Under the pieces are notes generated by a model. The model saw nothing but the letters and a program-made list of their open reading frames with translations. It searched no databases and had not been told where the DNA came from. A stretch of 64,000 nt of DNA. Origin: a virus. Of this stretch, positions 40,507 through 50,230 are shown piece by piece. The translations under genes were made by a program, and so were the position numbers. Where the stretch lies: the IMG/VR virus record IMGVR_UViG_3300028388_001808, positions 1 to 64,000 of that record. One strand, 5' to 3'. The number at the start of each line of letters is the position of its first letter. The stretch's first letter is position 1.

Positions 40507-42588
40507 TTAACGTCTTGGCTGTCTTATGTTTCTAAGCTGTTCCAGTTCTTCTGCTACTTTCTGATTAAAATCACTTGATTTGCTTTGACGTTCCAAAGTC
40601 TTCTCTTGCATTTGAAACTGTATCATAAAGAAAGCAGATAATCTATCATAGTTACCTACTCTCTTACCATTTCGTTTCTTATAGGCTATAACCTCTTCAA
40701 GAAAACCTGGAATATTTACAGTATGTATGTTCAGAATAATCTTATCAGTCTCATCTATAGACCGTTCTTCGATCATCCACTTCTTACTGTATTTCTCCCC
40801 AGCCTCTATAAGGTTATCGGTCATGTGTATACCATAAACACGTTTAACCGAACTTTCTTTTATACTGGCCCTGATTACATTATCAGGCTGTTCTGCCAAC
40901 AAATGTAACTTATTTTTATTTCTAAAGTAAGTCTTTACATCAGGAACCATGTTCTCATACATGATTTCTGCACTATAATACTCAGCAAGATATTCTGCTA
41001 TCCTGTGCGTACCATCTGGATTTTCCAATCTACCATAATAATCAGCTACTATCGTACCTGATGTATATGAAAGATCAGACCATTTATAAACGATTATAGA
41101 CGCAAGAGAAGTACCCTGATCTTGTTGAATAGGGTCGTATCCTATCAAATAAGTACCAGGCATAGCACCTGGTCTTGGAGGTTCGAATATGACAACAGCA
41201 CCAGATAAATCCAAATCACCATTCTTTTTTGGTTTGGGTTTCCACTCCCATATTGGATTTAATTCATTATTCAAATCAGGTACAGCTTTAACCTTACCGT
41301 CTTCTCTGGTTAAATGTACAGGCTGCCCAAGCTTTAAGTGAAGCTTGTTTGACATTACTCTGGCTAGCTGCGCTCTTGCTTCTTGTACTGGAAAGACGTT
41401 CCCTGTAGATTGCAGGAAGGCTTCTTCAGGAGAGAAACAGAATTCTTGCGTATGCGTGGTAATCGTAGATGGAGAAGACGCAGTAGAACGTATCTCTTCT
41501 CGCTTTTTTTCTTCATATTCTTTTGCTGCTTGTCTATCTGAATTACCGTGTTCGTCAATAAAACCCGGTTTGTTTTGATAATCAGGAAAGAAAAAAGAGC
41601 ATTGAGCATCTACGGCATGTTCGTCCCACACATTTTCATAACTTATCGCACCATAAGCTTCAGGACTGTAGAACATCTTAGCAAAGTCATACATATCGTC
41701 ACCACCAGACGTTCCAAAGACTACCATTTGCCCAGTCACATATTTACCATCTTCTAAAGAAGGCTTAGTTACCAAATAAGAAGTCTCAAGATTTGGAAAG
41801 GAGCCAGCCTCTTCAAACAGTATCAGTGTACCGTCTTTACCACGAGCCGCACTAGGATTGTCTTTGAATGAAATAGCAAGTACAGAAGAGACATAGCCAC
41901 GCTTACTCAATACTCCATTAACCTCACCTCTAAAAGAGGCTTCTTTTGCATCTGACCTGTCTACGTATTCTCTTTTCTTAGCCCACCCTGTGTGAGCATT
42001 CAGGAAATCCATATAATCAGATGCCATAGCCATCGTACCTCTTGGGTAGAGATACTTTTTATCGAAAGCACCTATAATAGATACGCTACCACGTATAGAA
42101 TTGTACCTGTTTACAACTATGGCTGCATTCTTGTAAGAAAAGCCTTTACGTCTGGCCTTACCTACAATCATGTGCCTACCACCATCTATCTGCTTAGGTT
42201 CATTTATAAGGTGTAACTCTTTAAGCTTCTCAGGAGTAGTACCGTAACGCGCTATGTTCATATTGTGATAGTAATCATAGTCACCATCCCAAAAGAACGG
42301 AAATGTCTTTTTCTTGTCAGTAGCTTTACCTTTTATCTGCTTTGTTACATCAGTAAGTTGTATCTGACAGAAATTCAGGTAAAAATAATGATCGCCTGTA
42401 ACATACGCACCTCCTGAGCTATGTCCTTCCTTACACCTTCTTAGTTGCTCCTGCCAATATTCTACCCAAGGTTGGGAACCCCAAGGATCAGGACAATAGT
42501 AGCCGTACTTGCTAAAATGCAAGGCTTCTTCTCGAAAACCTTGCGTATTAACCCATAATCCTTCGGAGTTCCTAACACTTAGAGACAT
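40507..42588 (-). CDS. terL: Terminase large subunit
   Basis: TGDHYFYLNF, Walker A KARRKGFS, Walker B LFEEAG, nuclease GYDP and GNYDR. Confidence 0.9.
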   Translation of the reverse strand: MSLSVRNSEGLWVNTQGFREEALHFSKYGYYCPDPWGSQPWVEYWQEQLRRCKEGHSSGGAYVTGDHYFYLNFCQIQLTDVTKQIKGKATDKKKTFPFFWDGDYDYYHNMNIARYGTTPEKLKELHLINEPKQIDGGRHMIVGKARRKGFSYKNAAIVVNRYNSIRGSVSIIGAFDKKYLYPRGTMAMASDYMDFLNAHTGWAKKREYVDRSDAKEASFRGEVNGVLSKRGYVSSVLAISFKDNPSAARGKDGTLILFEEAGSFPNLETSYLVTKPSLEDGKYVTGQMVVFGTSGGDDMYDFAKMFYSPEAYGAISYENVWDEHAVDAQCSFFFPDYQNKPGFIDEHGNSDRQAAKEYEEKKREEIRSTASSPSTITTHTQEFCFSPEEAFLQSTGNVFPVQEARAQLARVMSNKLHLKLGQPVHLTREDGKVKAVPDLNNELNPIWEWKPKPKKNGDLDLSGAVVIFEPPRPGAMPGTYLIGYDPIQQDQGTSLASIIVYKWSDLSYTSGTIVADYYGRLENPDGTHRIAEYLAEYYSAEIMYENMVPDVKTYFRNKNKLHLLAEQPDNVIRASIKESSVKRVYGIHMTDNLIEAGEKYSKKWMIEERSIDETDKIILNIHTVNIPGFLEEVIAYKKRNGKRVGNYDRLSAFFMIQFQMQEKTLERQSKSSDFNQKVAEELEQLRNIRQPRR

Positions 42589-42598
42589 TCGATGCTGT

Positions 42599-42964
42599 TT
42601 AAACTGTTCGACCGGCCTTCAACGGAATACGTTTAGCTGCGCTAATCGCTTCGGTGATCTTCACCTCTGCCTGATCAGAAGGCAGCGTATTCCGATTTTT
42701 CCACTCTTCAAGGGTATTTGCGAACTCCTGAATCGTGTCGATCAGTACCTTCATAGTTGCAAATCCCATGAGAATGAATCGGAACCATCCAAGCAGTTTC
42801 TGAGGAACGAATTCCTCCAACTGAACGGCAAAGTCACGAATCTTCCCGATAATGTCTTCAAAGCCTTGAAGCTTTTCAAGAAGTCCGTTGTTCTCTGTTT
42901 CCAGTTGCTGTGCGTACTTGACCAGTTCATCTTTGGTCAGTTTCGACAATTTCTGATTACTCAT
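42599..42964 (-). CDS. Hypothetical coiled-coil/amphipathic protein
   Basis: ORF in operon. Confidence 0.5.
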   Translation of the reverse strand: MSNQKLSKLTKDELVKYAQQLETENNGLLEKLQGFEDIIGKIRDFAVQLEEFVPQKLLGWFRFILMGFATMKVLIDTIQEFANTLEEWKNRNTLPSDQAEVKITEAISAAKRIPLKAGRTV

Positions 42965-43410
42965 AATATAGCTATATTAAAGATGAAAAATAAAGTAAGC
43001 CCTACTACAAAATACAATAAGCGCAGCCAGGGATTCTTATCCGGAAAGTTTGAAGAGTCTGCATGCGCATACCCAAAGAATCGATATGGTTTGCCTCTAG
43101 CATCCAATACAGGTTTCAGTTCTTTGTACCACTTAGTCAACCAGTAATGACCTTCAAAATAAAATCCAGTCTGTATGAAAGGCAACATCAGCCAGAGAAA
43201 TACAGTATTCAAAGCAATGCCCAGAAGATTCAGATGACTGACAGTGAGAAAAAGAACGACTATGCGCTGCAATAGCGCAAATAGATGAGGCACGTGTATG
43301 CTTTTCGAATTGAATCTGTATCGTATTGGAAGAAATCGATAAAGATAGCTATCGTAAAGACCTTCGATAGCAAGATAAGTAATCCATAGTAGTAGAGATA
43401 TATATATCAT
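42961..43410 (-). CDS. Multi-TM membrane protein (holin candidate)
   Basis: Three or four hydrophobic segments; near lysis genes. Confidence 0.5.
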   Translation of the reverse strand: MIYISLLLWITYLAIEGLYDSYLYRFLPIRYRFNSKSIHVPHLFALLQRIVVLFLTVSHLNLLGIALNTVFLWLMLPFIQTGFYFEGHYWLTKWYKELKPVLDARGKPYRFFGYAHADSSNFPDKNPWLRLLYFVVGLTLFFIFNIAIL

Positions 43411-43955
43411 TCTTCAAAAGGGTTTATTTGTCGATTACCTCTGGTTTTCATCTTTGTGTAAACTTCCTCTTCTACTTTTTTCTCTAAAGTCTGGAGCGCA
43501 GCCAAAACCTTGTCTGACTCTGCAAGTGCTTTCATTAAGTCAGCAGGTTTATAAACTGCTGCTCCTCCTTTTGTTCTTTCAGTTACGTCTATGTTCTGTA
43601 TGTCAAGTATAAATTTTTCAGCACCTGCTTTAGCTGCCTCAAGTAATCTTACAGGTAACTGATTCATTAAAAGCTCTTTGTAGGCATCTAAACACTTTTT
43701 TACCAACTCATCAGGACAATAGTCAGCGTCTTTAAATACAGCTCTTCCTACAGCAGCTGGTCTGTCCTCTTCAGCATACCCTTTGTAAGGATTTGTCTTT
43801 TTAAGAGAACACATATACTCCACATACAATAACTCAGCTAATGCTGTGTCTTTTCTTTCTGAGTTGTCTCTTTGCCAGAGTTCGCTAAACGGACTTAACG
43901 CTATAAGATGAGCGTTAGGTACGACTCTAGCACCTTCCATTGTGATTAGGTCCAT
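43407..43955 (-). CDS. Putative terminase small subunit
   Basis: Helical 182 aa with C-terminal KTRGN...FEE; upstream of TerL as in crAss-like phages. Confidence 0.6.
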   Translation of the reverse strand: MDLITMEGARVVPNAHLIALSPFSELWQRDNSERKDTALAELLYVEYMCSLKKTNPYKGYAEEDRPAAVGRAVFKDADYCPDELVKKCLDAYKELLMNQLPVRLLEAAKAGAEKFILDIQNIDVTERTKGGAAVYKPADLMKALAESDKVLAALQTLEKKVEEEVYTKMKTRGNRQINPFEE

Positions 43956-44599
43956 TACTTAAAGATTGGGACAAAGAAATGAGCCTGTATTCTTTTGTCA
44001 GTTCCTACATCAATAGAATACATTCTACGTTTTTTGTCCTGATAAAATAAACCAACATTCACTGCAAATCCCTGCAATGGATCGTCCCATACCGTTCCTG
44101 TACCTAGTTTAGCACCAAAAGCAGATCTTTCTACAGGAATCTCTACAGTCTTTTCTGTAGTATGTTCAATAATTATCGGATCGGTATAAACAGGTACAGT
44201 ATCAGTAATATATACATTTTGAATGATGTAAGGAGTGTCTAGGGTTATCTCGTGTTCTACAGCAACTAACTCTCCTGTATGCAGTATTTTAGTTTCCAGA
44301 TCAATATGCTTGTCTGTATAAGATACTACAGACTCCACAGTATCTGCCGACACAATAACCTCATTTACTTTTTTAGTCTTGACTTTCTTCATTAGCCCTT
44401 TGCGTACAGTCCGATAGATTTCCATGCTGTCAATCTGTACAGGAAAACAAGTGTCTTTGTATTGAGTAATGTAAATCAGGCTATCTCTGGTTACAGGAAC
44501 CTCACGTTTACCAGAAGCCTTACCTGCGAAGAAAGCACCCACTACAGCAGACAGAAACAAAAGAACAAGAATGATAATAGAGGTAATTGGATTTTTCAT
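43955..44599 (-). CDS. Spanin-like membrane protein
   Basis: N-terminal TM, DT-V/I repeats and C-terminal amphipathic beta strands; directly after the endolysin. Confidence 0.5.
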   Translation of the reverse strand: MKNPITSIIILVLLFLSAVVGAFFAGKASGKREVPVTRDSLIYITQYKDTCFPVQIDSMEIYRTVRKGLMKKVKTKKVNEVIVSADTVESVVSYTDKHIDLETKILHTGELVAVEHEITLDTPYIIQNVYITDTVPVYTDPIIIEHTTEKTVEIPVERSAFGAKLGTGTVWDDPLQGFAVNVGLFYQDKKRRMYSIDVGTDKRIQAHFFVPIFK

Positions 44600-44602
44600 G
44601 TT

Positions 44603-44995
44603 TTAATAGTAATGCCATACTAGATATGGCGGTTTAGTAGGATCGCAATCGGCATGAATAAACGTTCTTCCGATACCGATACGGTTTATTCCAGCTTGTA
44701 TTAAAGCCCTGATAATCGTATAACGATGAGACGAAGTAAGTACCTTGATATCGGCAGCCCAGCCCTTCAAATGTGGAGAGTTTTTAGCTGTCTTATATCC
44801 TCTGTTTCTAAGATCGTCATGGTGTCTTTGCGTCCTGTATCCAGATGTGACAATAAAGGGTATCTGTGCTATCCTTCTTGCCTCATCAAGCTTCAGAAGA
44901 AAAGACCTTTCCATAAGCTCTCCTGATCCCGGAGCGTCAGGAGAATCAAACTCCCAGGAAGTAAAATATTTTATACCTTCAAACTTACTTGCCAT
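44603..44995 (-). CDS. Peptidase M15 family endolysin
   Basis: TSGYR, SPHLKGWAADI, RIGI and FIHAD motifs. Confidence 0.85.
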   Translation of the reverse strand: MASKFEGIKYFTSWEFDSPDAPGSGELMERSFLLKLDEARRIAQIPFIVTSGYRTQRHHDDLRNRGYKTAKNSPHLKGWAADIKVLTSSHRYTIIRALIQAGINRIGIGRTFIHADCDPTKPPYLVWHYY

Positions 44996-45305
44996 GACGA
45001 ACAGCTTTTATAGTCAATATTTGGGTTCTTTGGTTTTCTCCATCTGTCAGCGTCACTGCGATTGTTTTAACAGTAGGCTGAATTGTAGAATTCACCAAAG
45101 GTGACAATTGTGGTATCTTGTAGATAACTGTTACCACATTGTTCTTAACAGAGGCGACAGTACAAGAGCATCCAGGCACTACATTAAGGATAGTATCCTT
45201 CCCCATATACGTAAACGTGACTGGATACTTCTTACCTACTTCAACGTCTCCAAGATTAACTACTGTAGCATCCCATTCCAATTGACTTCTTACTACGTCA
45301 GCCAT
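44985..45305 (-). CDS. DUF1573-like Ig-fold protein
   Basis: NLGDV, FTY and VVPGCSCT motifs. Confidence 0.6.
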   Translation of the reverse strand: MADVVRSQLEWDATVVNLGDVEVGKKYPVTFTYMGKDTILNVVPGCSCTVASVKNNVVTVIYKIPQLSPLVNSTIQPTVKTIAVTLTDGENQRTQILTIKAVRHGK

Positions 45306-45311
45306 ATTTAT

Positions 45312-45755
45312 TTATTTAATGTGAAGTTCTTCATAGTTTTCGTAGATATAAACTAAAAGTTCTTTTGTGCGGATATTCATTGCCTTATAATCCCTTTTAC
45401 TTATCATCTTGGGATAGCATCCTCCTTTGTCTGCCTTATTTGCAAAAAACAGATCAGGAGTAACGCATCCACAGACTACACAATGTCCGTTCTCTATACA
45501 CTCCAAAGATTTCTGTCTTACTTTCTCCACCCTGTATTCATAAGTAAATCTTACCCTTTCCGACAACCACAGAGGATCGACTCCATAGTAAATAAAAAAT
45601 CTCCACTCGCCTGTCAAAAAATGAAAAATGTCGGGCAGCTTATACTGTCCCGACATCATCATTTTGATTCCCTTCCCTGACAGCTTCAAGAAGCGTATCA
45701 TAAGCTTCAATACTTTCAGGTAGGATTTGTCTGATGTGTTCTGAAGTTCTGGCAT
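45312..45755 (-). CDS. Zn-finger-like hypothetical protein
   Basis: CIENGHCVVCGC...CYPKM. Confidence 0.55.
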   Translation of the reverse strand: MPELQNTSDKSYLKVLKLMIRFLKLSGKGIKMMMSGQYKLPDIFHFLTGEWRFFIYYGVDPLWLSERVRFTYEYRVEKVRQKSLECIENGHCVVCGCVTPDLFFANKADKGGCYPKMISKRDYKAMNIRTKELLVYIYENYEELHIK

Positions 45756-46059
45756 AGTTCAAAAGTAGTTCGTAATACTCCCTGTGAAAAAAATTAACCT
45801 TTCCTTTCTTGATACCTTTCCGTAGAATGAAGGCTGATTTGATCAGTTCGTTTTTTACGAATCTGTCCTGTGGGACGAAAGAGCCGAAATACTTTAATCG
45901 AAGCACAGGAAACAAGCCCTTTCTTATATGCCCGACAAAGCATTGAAATAAAGACATCACAGCGTGTCTGAACTCTTCAAATGAAACATCTTCCTCTTCT
46001 TCTTCAATAAACAGTTCATACGCTCTTTTTATCACTCTTTCCCATCCTACTACCGTCAT
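45640..46059 (-). CDS. IHF/HU-like DNA-binding protein
   Basis: VLRLKYFGSF motif. Confidence 0.5.
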   Translation of the reverse strand: MTVVGWERVIKRAYELFIEEEEEDVSFEEFRHAVMSLFQCFVGHIRKGLFPVLRLKYFGSFVPQDRFVKNELIKSAFILRKGIKKGKVNFFHREYYELLLNYARTSEHIRQILPESIEAYDTLLEAVREGNQNDDVGTV

Positions 46060-46442
46060 GAGTTGTCAAGTTCCAGATTTATATCATATTGAAGATAATC
46101 AGCTACAGGCTCTACCGCAGGGTTCACAGCATACTTCATTCTGGTATTAACAGAGACGAGATAACCTTTACGTAGTAACTGTGTAAGATAATTAGAAACT
46201 CCTGCTCTTGAAAGAGTAAGCGCGTCCATAACCTTCTTTCTGGCTTCTGTACTAAACCTGTAATCTACAGGTTCGCACATAAACAAAGAAAGAACTTCAA
46301 CTTCTTTCTCTGTAAGCTGCTTTTCCTTGTTCGGTATAAGCGCATTCAATATGTTCAAATGTCTCTTGTAAAACTCAGGCTTACCTGAAACAGGTATACT
46401 CTTGCTTAGCTTTTGTTTATTCTTGTCAGACCCGTCGATCAT
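46056..46442 (-). CDS. Winged-helix DNA-binding protein
   Basis: LTEKEVEVL ... ARKKVMDALTLSRAGVSNYLTQLLRKGYL ... YAVNP. Confidence 0.65.
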   Translation of the reverse strand: MIDGSDKNKQKLSKSIPVSGKPEFYKRHLNILNALIPNKEKQLTEKEVEVLSLFMCEPVDYRFSTEARKKVMDALTLSRAGVSNYLTQLLRKGYLVSVNTRMKYAVNPAVEPVADYLQYDINLELDNS

Positions 46443-46458
46443 TATTCTACTGTTTGTA

Positions 46459-46490
46459 CAAAGTTAACGATAAATATTTACAACATGCAA
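46459..46490 (-). promoter_or_regulatory. Bacteroidota-type promoter at the head of the late operon (TTG-N21-TAACTTTG)
   Basis: Consensus match about 17 nt upstream of ATG 46442. Confidence 0.65.
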
Positions 46491-46499
46491 GTACAAACA

Positions 46500-46533
46500 T
46501 AAAAAAAGAGGACACCGTTTCCAGTATCCTCTT
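46500..46533 (-). terminator. Intrinsic terminator
   Basis: AAGAGGA...TCCTCTT stem followed by a U-run on the minus strand. Confidence 0.55.
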
Positions 46534-46827
46534 AAAGACCCTTTTCCTCAGACAAGAAGATCTTTATGGCATGAACAAGATAGGCAAAATAAGTCGTTTT
46601 ATTCAGGCGTTCACAAAATGATAGAGTTCGCCCAGTTCGCCCAGTATTATATAATAGATATACAATACTAAGTTATTTATTATTAACTATATAATAATTA
46701 TATAGTATTATAAGGTTCCTCCCCACCCTCCCTCCACAATTTTTTCATTTTTTTTTGATAAAACCAACTTTTTTCACCTAAAAAAACTCATCCCACTCAT
46801 AACTAATTGACTGACAGGGGGAAAAAA

Positions 46828-47166
46828 TCAGAGGGGTCTGGACTCTTCAGCAGGTAGACTGGCCACTTTTTGCAGTTCGTCAGAGTGAAGTACCATGTTC
46901 GATCTGAGTTTCTCAGAACATGATACAATCTCAATCCACTCTCCGCTTCTTGAAAGATTGATATCTCTGATCAACTCATTCTGTACAATAACAGAAATAA
47001 GATCATTCATAAGACGATCATCTTTCTGCACACCAAAACTATCAGGTAATGCCTGATCGAATGCAAATGTGCGTAAACTAATAGAGCTTACAGCTCTTAA
47101 ATTTTGTCCTCTGTAATAAGCGTAGCCTACTACTACAGACCTTGCAGGAAATGATTGTGTGTTCAT
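46828..47166 (-). CDS. Hypothetical protein
   Basis: ORF track; operon-like spacing. Confidence 0.5.
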   Translation of the reverse strand: MNTQSFPARSVVVGYAYYRGQNLRAVSSISLRTFAFDQALPDSFGVQKDDRLMNDLISVIVQNELIRDINLSRSGEWIEIVSCSEKLRSNMVLHSDELQKVASLPAEESRPL

Positions 47167-47177
47167 AACAAAAATTA

Positions 47178-47834
47178 TTAAGAATGACTAGATTTAATCT
47201 TATGCACGTACTCTCCTATAAAGTTCTCTTTCTTAGTAATAAAGCCAATAGTATCAAACGTAGTCAGCATCTTGCAAACTATCTGTTTTCCTGCGATCTT
47301 CACCAACTCTAAAGCCTTACCGTTCACAGATACAAAATCCCCACTCTGTGCATCAATACGCTCACTGAAGTTACGATCCAAGGTAAGTACAATAATAGAA
47401 AAAGGCGCATAAGTCGTACTATCTATAGAACAGTCAATGATTCTCAAAAGGACTGACTGGTTTGCACCTTTCGCCTCTATACCCATAAGATCACAAATAG
47501 TGTTAAAATCCGTCTTGTCCCAATCATAACTAACACCATTATAAGACAACGTATCATACCTTCCACCAGAGTCAAAATACTCTTTCAACCCACCTTTACC
47601 CGTCATAATCATTTTATCAGGAGTCTTTATTACAGCAGAGAAAAACTCCGATCTATCAACCCTGTCAGTCTTATGGACTACACTAATCGTCGTTTTGCCT
47701 TTAACTGAAGTGTTCTCTATTCTATCATAGAACACCTCTAAAAGATACCTTTCTACATCTTCAACTACGAGATTCTTGATCTCCAGGAATTTTTTCATCT
47801 TGTCCATGCTATACATTTTTAATAAGTCAACCAA
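47178..47834 (-). CDS. Hypothetical protein
   Basis: 218 aa ORF. Confidence 0.55.
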   Translation of the reverse strand: MVDLLKMYSMDKMKKFLEIKNLVVEDVERYLLEVFYDRIENTSVKGKTTISVVHKTDRVDRSEFFSAVIKTPDKMIMTGKGGLKEYFDSGGRYDTLSYNGVSYDWDKTDFNTICDLMGIEAKGANQSVLLRIIDCSIDSTTYAPFSIIVLTLDRNFSERIDAQSGDFVSVNGKALELVKIAGKQIVCKMLTTFDTIGFITKKENFIGEYVHKIKSSHS

Positions 47835-48118
47835 TCTTTAAACTCTCTGAGACGCTCAACTACAATCACCTTTATCTTCTGCATCCTGGAAAGGGAGTCA
47901 TACCAAATCTTACTTTTTTTGAACTCCTTATCTATAAAACCTTCCCACAGCTCTATAGTAGAGGCTCCTCCTACAGTAACATACTCATAATGAAGTTTCC
48001 CGCATCTACTACAATAGCTAGAAACATAAGAACCGTAATTCCTAGATACCTTCATATCATGTCCTTTGAACAGACATACGGTCTTCCTAACAAGTCTTCT
48101 TGGTCTTTTTCTCATCAT
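47819..48118 (-). CDS. Small Cys/His protein (CLFKGH...CSRCG)
   Basis: DUF1660-like C-x3-GH...CxRCG pattern. Confidence 0.5.
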   Translation of the reverse strand: MMRKRPRRLVRKTVCLFKGHDMKVSRNYGSYVSSYCSRCGKLHYEYVTVGGASTIELWEGFIDKEFKKSKIWYDSLSRMQKIKVIVVERLREFKDWLTY

Positions 48119-48426
48119 CTACAATTTAAGCCATTTTGTACATAAAGATACTGAACATTTTAAAGAAAACCCAGAAAAACTGACAGGGTAGAAAAATCCA
48201 GTACTCCAAAAATTTTTAGAGGTGGGGGTACTATACCCTAAAAATCAAAGGATTTAATACCCCCCCCCCTACAATACCTTACCTATTTCTGAAACCCGAA
48301 AAAAATTAGGGGGTAGGGGTGAAATGGTGAACCCCCTCTATTCTTTAGCCCCCACTAATGATTGCAGGGGATACCCCCCTGCATATTTCTAGGAAGGATT
48401 TCTATCACCTTGTAAATATATTTACT

Positions 48427-48996
48427 ATGCGTACCGAACATTCCAAAGTCACTTGTACTCAAGTAGTTTCTTCTCAGTATGATCAGCTTCAAGCAGAGCT
48501 GCGTCAGACTGTGACTACGTACTATCCTAACGAGGCTGTCAATGCTGGACACGACGAGTTGTTCTCCTTTGAAGGAGAAGAAACGCCGTACAGCAGTGAA
48601 CGCGTCGTGTGGATCAATGTACCTGAAGGAACTACCAAAGAACAGGTTGACCAGCGTCTGGCTTCCATGCCGAATTGCTGCATCACCAGGACTCTTTCGT
48701 TCGTTCCGATCCTTGAAGAGGGCGATATCGCCAACGGAGTTTCCGTTGAAGAGAAGTCCAGATCTCAGATCGTATGCGACGAATCCGGTGAAGTGGTCTA
48801 CCGCAATGGAAAGCCTATGTTCCGCCGTTACTACTTCCGCACCACCAAGTCGGAAGATGTTGACCTGCGGGAACAAACGGCTGAGAAGGCTTACATGCCG
48901 CTGTGGCTGCAAGGAGAGTCTGAAATCTCCAGCAACGCCGCCGCATCCTATGCGGAGCAGTCTGAAGACCTGGCTGCTGAAGAGCAGACCTTCTGA
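48427..48996 (+). CDS. Putative single-stranded DNA-binding protein
   Basis: Likely start ATG 48427; beta-rich core with acidic tail ending in Phe (EDLAAEEQTF); first gene after the strand switch. Confidence 0.5.
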   Translation: MRTEHSKVTCTQVVSSQYDQLQAELRQTVTTYYPNEAVNAGHDELFSFEGEETPYSSERVVWINVPEGTTKEQVDQRLASMPNCCITRTLSFVPILEEGDIANGVSVEEKSRSQIVCDESGEVVYRNGKPMFRRYYFRTTKSEDVDLREQTAEKAYMPLWLQGESEISSNAAASYAEQSEDLAAEEQTF

Positions 48997-49007
48997 CCGC
49001 CGGAGAT

Positions 49008-49049
49008 ATTGTCCGAGTCCTGTAGAAATGCAGGATTCGGACAATTTTT
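49008..49049 (+). terminator. Strong intrinsic terminator
   Basis: 17-bp stem ATTGTCCGAGTCCTGTA-GAAA-TGCAGGATTCGGACAAT plus T-run. Confidence 0.75.
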
Positions 49050-49265
49050 CACAATCAAAGGGCGGTGAATTGACAATTGGAAGAAAATTCGGTACATAGT
49101 ATGGTGATTATGAGGTGATTAGAGGAGTGAAGAGACGAGTCAGGAACCTGACGCCCTCTCAAACCTTTTTCACAAATCCTCATTTTTATGAATCTAACTG
49201 TGATTTTACATAGCAGTTTCAGATAGACAGGTAAACAAATGTATCGTTAACCTAAATCTATCACC

Positions 49266-49463
49266 ATGAAACTGTACGTAATAACTATAGAGACAGCACA
49301 AGAATTTACTCCCTGGAGTGAATGGCGTATTTACGCTGTGTTCGTCTCTAAAGATAAAGCAGTAGCTTGCTTAACTCAGTTAAGACAAGACATCCAGAAC
49401 AGCAATTGCTGGTACTCTGATGTCGAACTGTCTGAACAAGAGGAAGGCGAGTTAGCTGTTTAG
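49266..49463 (+). CDS. Small hypothetical protein (MKLYVI...IYAVFVSKDKA)
   Basis: Common small phage protein pattern; A-rich leader. Confidence 0.6.
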   Translation: MKLYVITIETAQEFTPWSEWRIYAVFVSKDKAVACLTQLRQDIQNSNCWYSDVELSEQEEGELAV

Positions 49464-49882
49464 GGATATTCAGGATTCACCCTTAAAAGAATCCGATTCA
49501 TGCCAAGGATGATAATCTCGTAGTCCTTGGACATCTGCCTCTCTACAGAACGCTGAGATAAGAGAAGGCATGTGAGGCCCGTTTGACCCTCACTGGTTAG
49601 AGACTCAGTAGAAGATCAGATAATACCTTCAGTAATGTTGGTATTAGCCGCCTGATTAGCAATGTGCAGGTTTGAGGTACTGTACATAAAAAAAATCCAC
49701 AACCTATCGCCTAAACAACGAAGGTGGACTAAGTGTCGGATTGTTATCGGCATGTCCATGTGGAATACTACCGTAGGCTGACTGGGATGCTGCATCGTGT
49801 GTGTAGCAATACTCCAGTGTAATGAGTATGACTCGTGCGAATGCCTACGGTAGTTACTTTGTAATCAACTCAATCCAATGAT

Positions 49883-50230
49883 ATGAAAAAGCAACTGACA
49901 CGCCGCGAAGTAGAGATTCTCACTCTTATCAAGACTGTATATAAGTCTTATAAGCACATTAGCGAGATGCATACTCTTACGTACTTACTGGAAAAGCTTG
50001 ATGATTACACAGAGATCATGGAAGCTAAAGGTACTAGCTACGGCTATACCTACATCAACAACATGGAATCTCTGGTCAAAGTGGTCGCCATGACCACTAT
50101 CAACGCACAATACGGATATACGAGGTTCCTGAGAAAGGAATACCAGAATCCAGCTTATCACGTCGACAACTTTGTGTCTGATGACATGAAGTGGATTGGC
50201 GATGAGCGAGAGTTTGAATTCTCCGTATAA
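49883..50230 (+). CDS. Hypothetical protein
   Basis: ORF with A-rich leader, followed by a hairpin. Confidence 0.6.
   Translation: MKKQLTRREVEILTLIKTVYKSYKHISEMHTLTYLLEKLDDYTEIMEAKGTSYGYTYINNMESLVKVVAMTTINAQYGYTRFLRKEYQNPAYHVDNFVSDDMKWIGDEREFEFSV

Noticed and set aside
35421-42588. Introns or inteins in capsid, portal or terminase genes
   Set aside because: The ORFs are continuous, of ordinary length, and show no splicing motifs
638-45680. Many plus-strand ORFs in the track (e.g. 8738-9538, 10687-11430, 33006-33650, 42509-43147)
   Set aside because: They are antisense shadows of well-supported minus-strand genes with no recognisable motifs
48355-49044. 229-aa minus-strand ORF (and the similar 56613-57155)
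   Set aside because: Antisense shadows of codon-biased plus-strand genes
49768-49854. Hammerhead or other known self-cleaving ribozyme
   Set aside because: It has a multi-way junction with CTGA, but the CUGANGA/GAAA core is incomplete; kept only as part of the structured-tract finding
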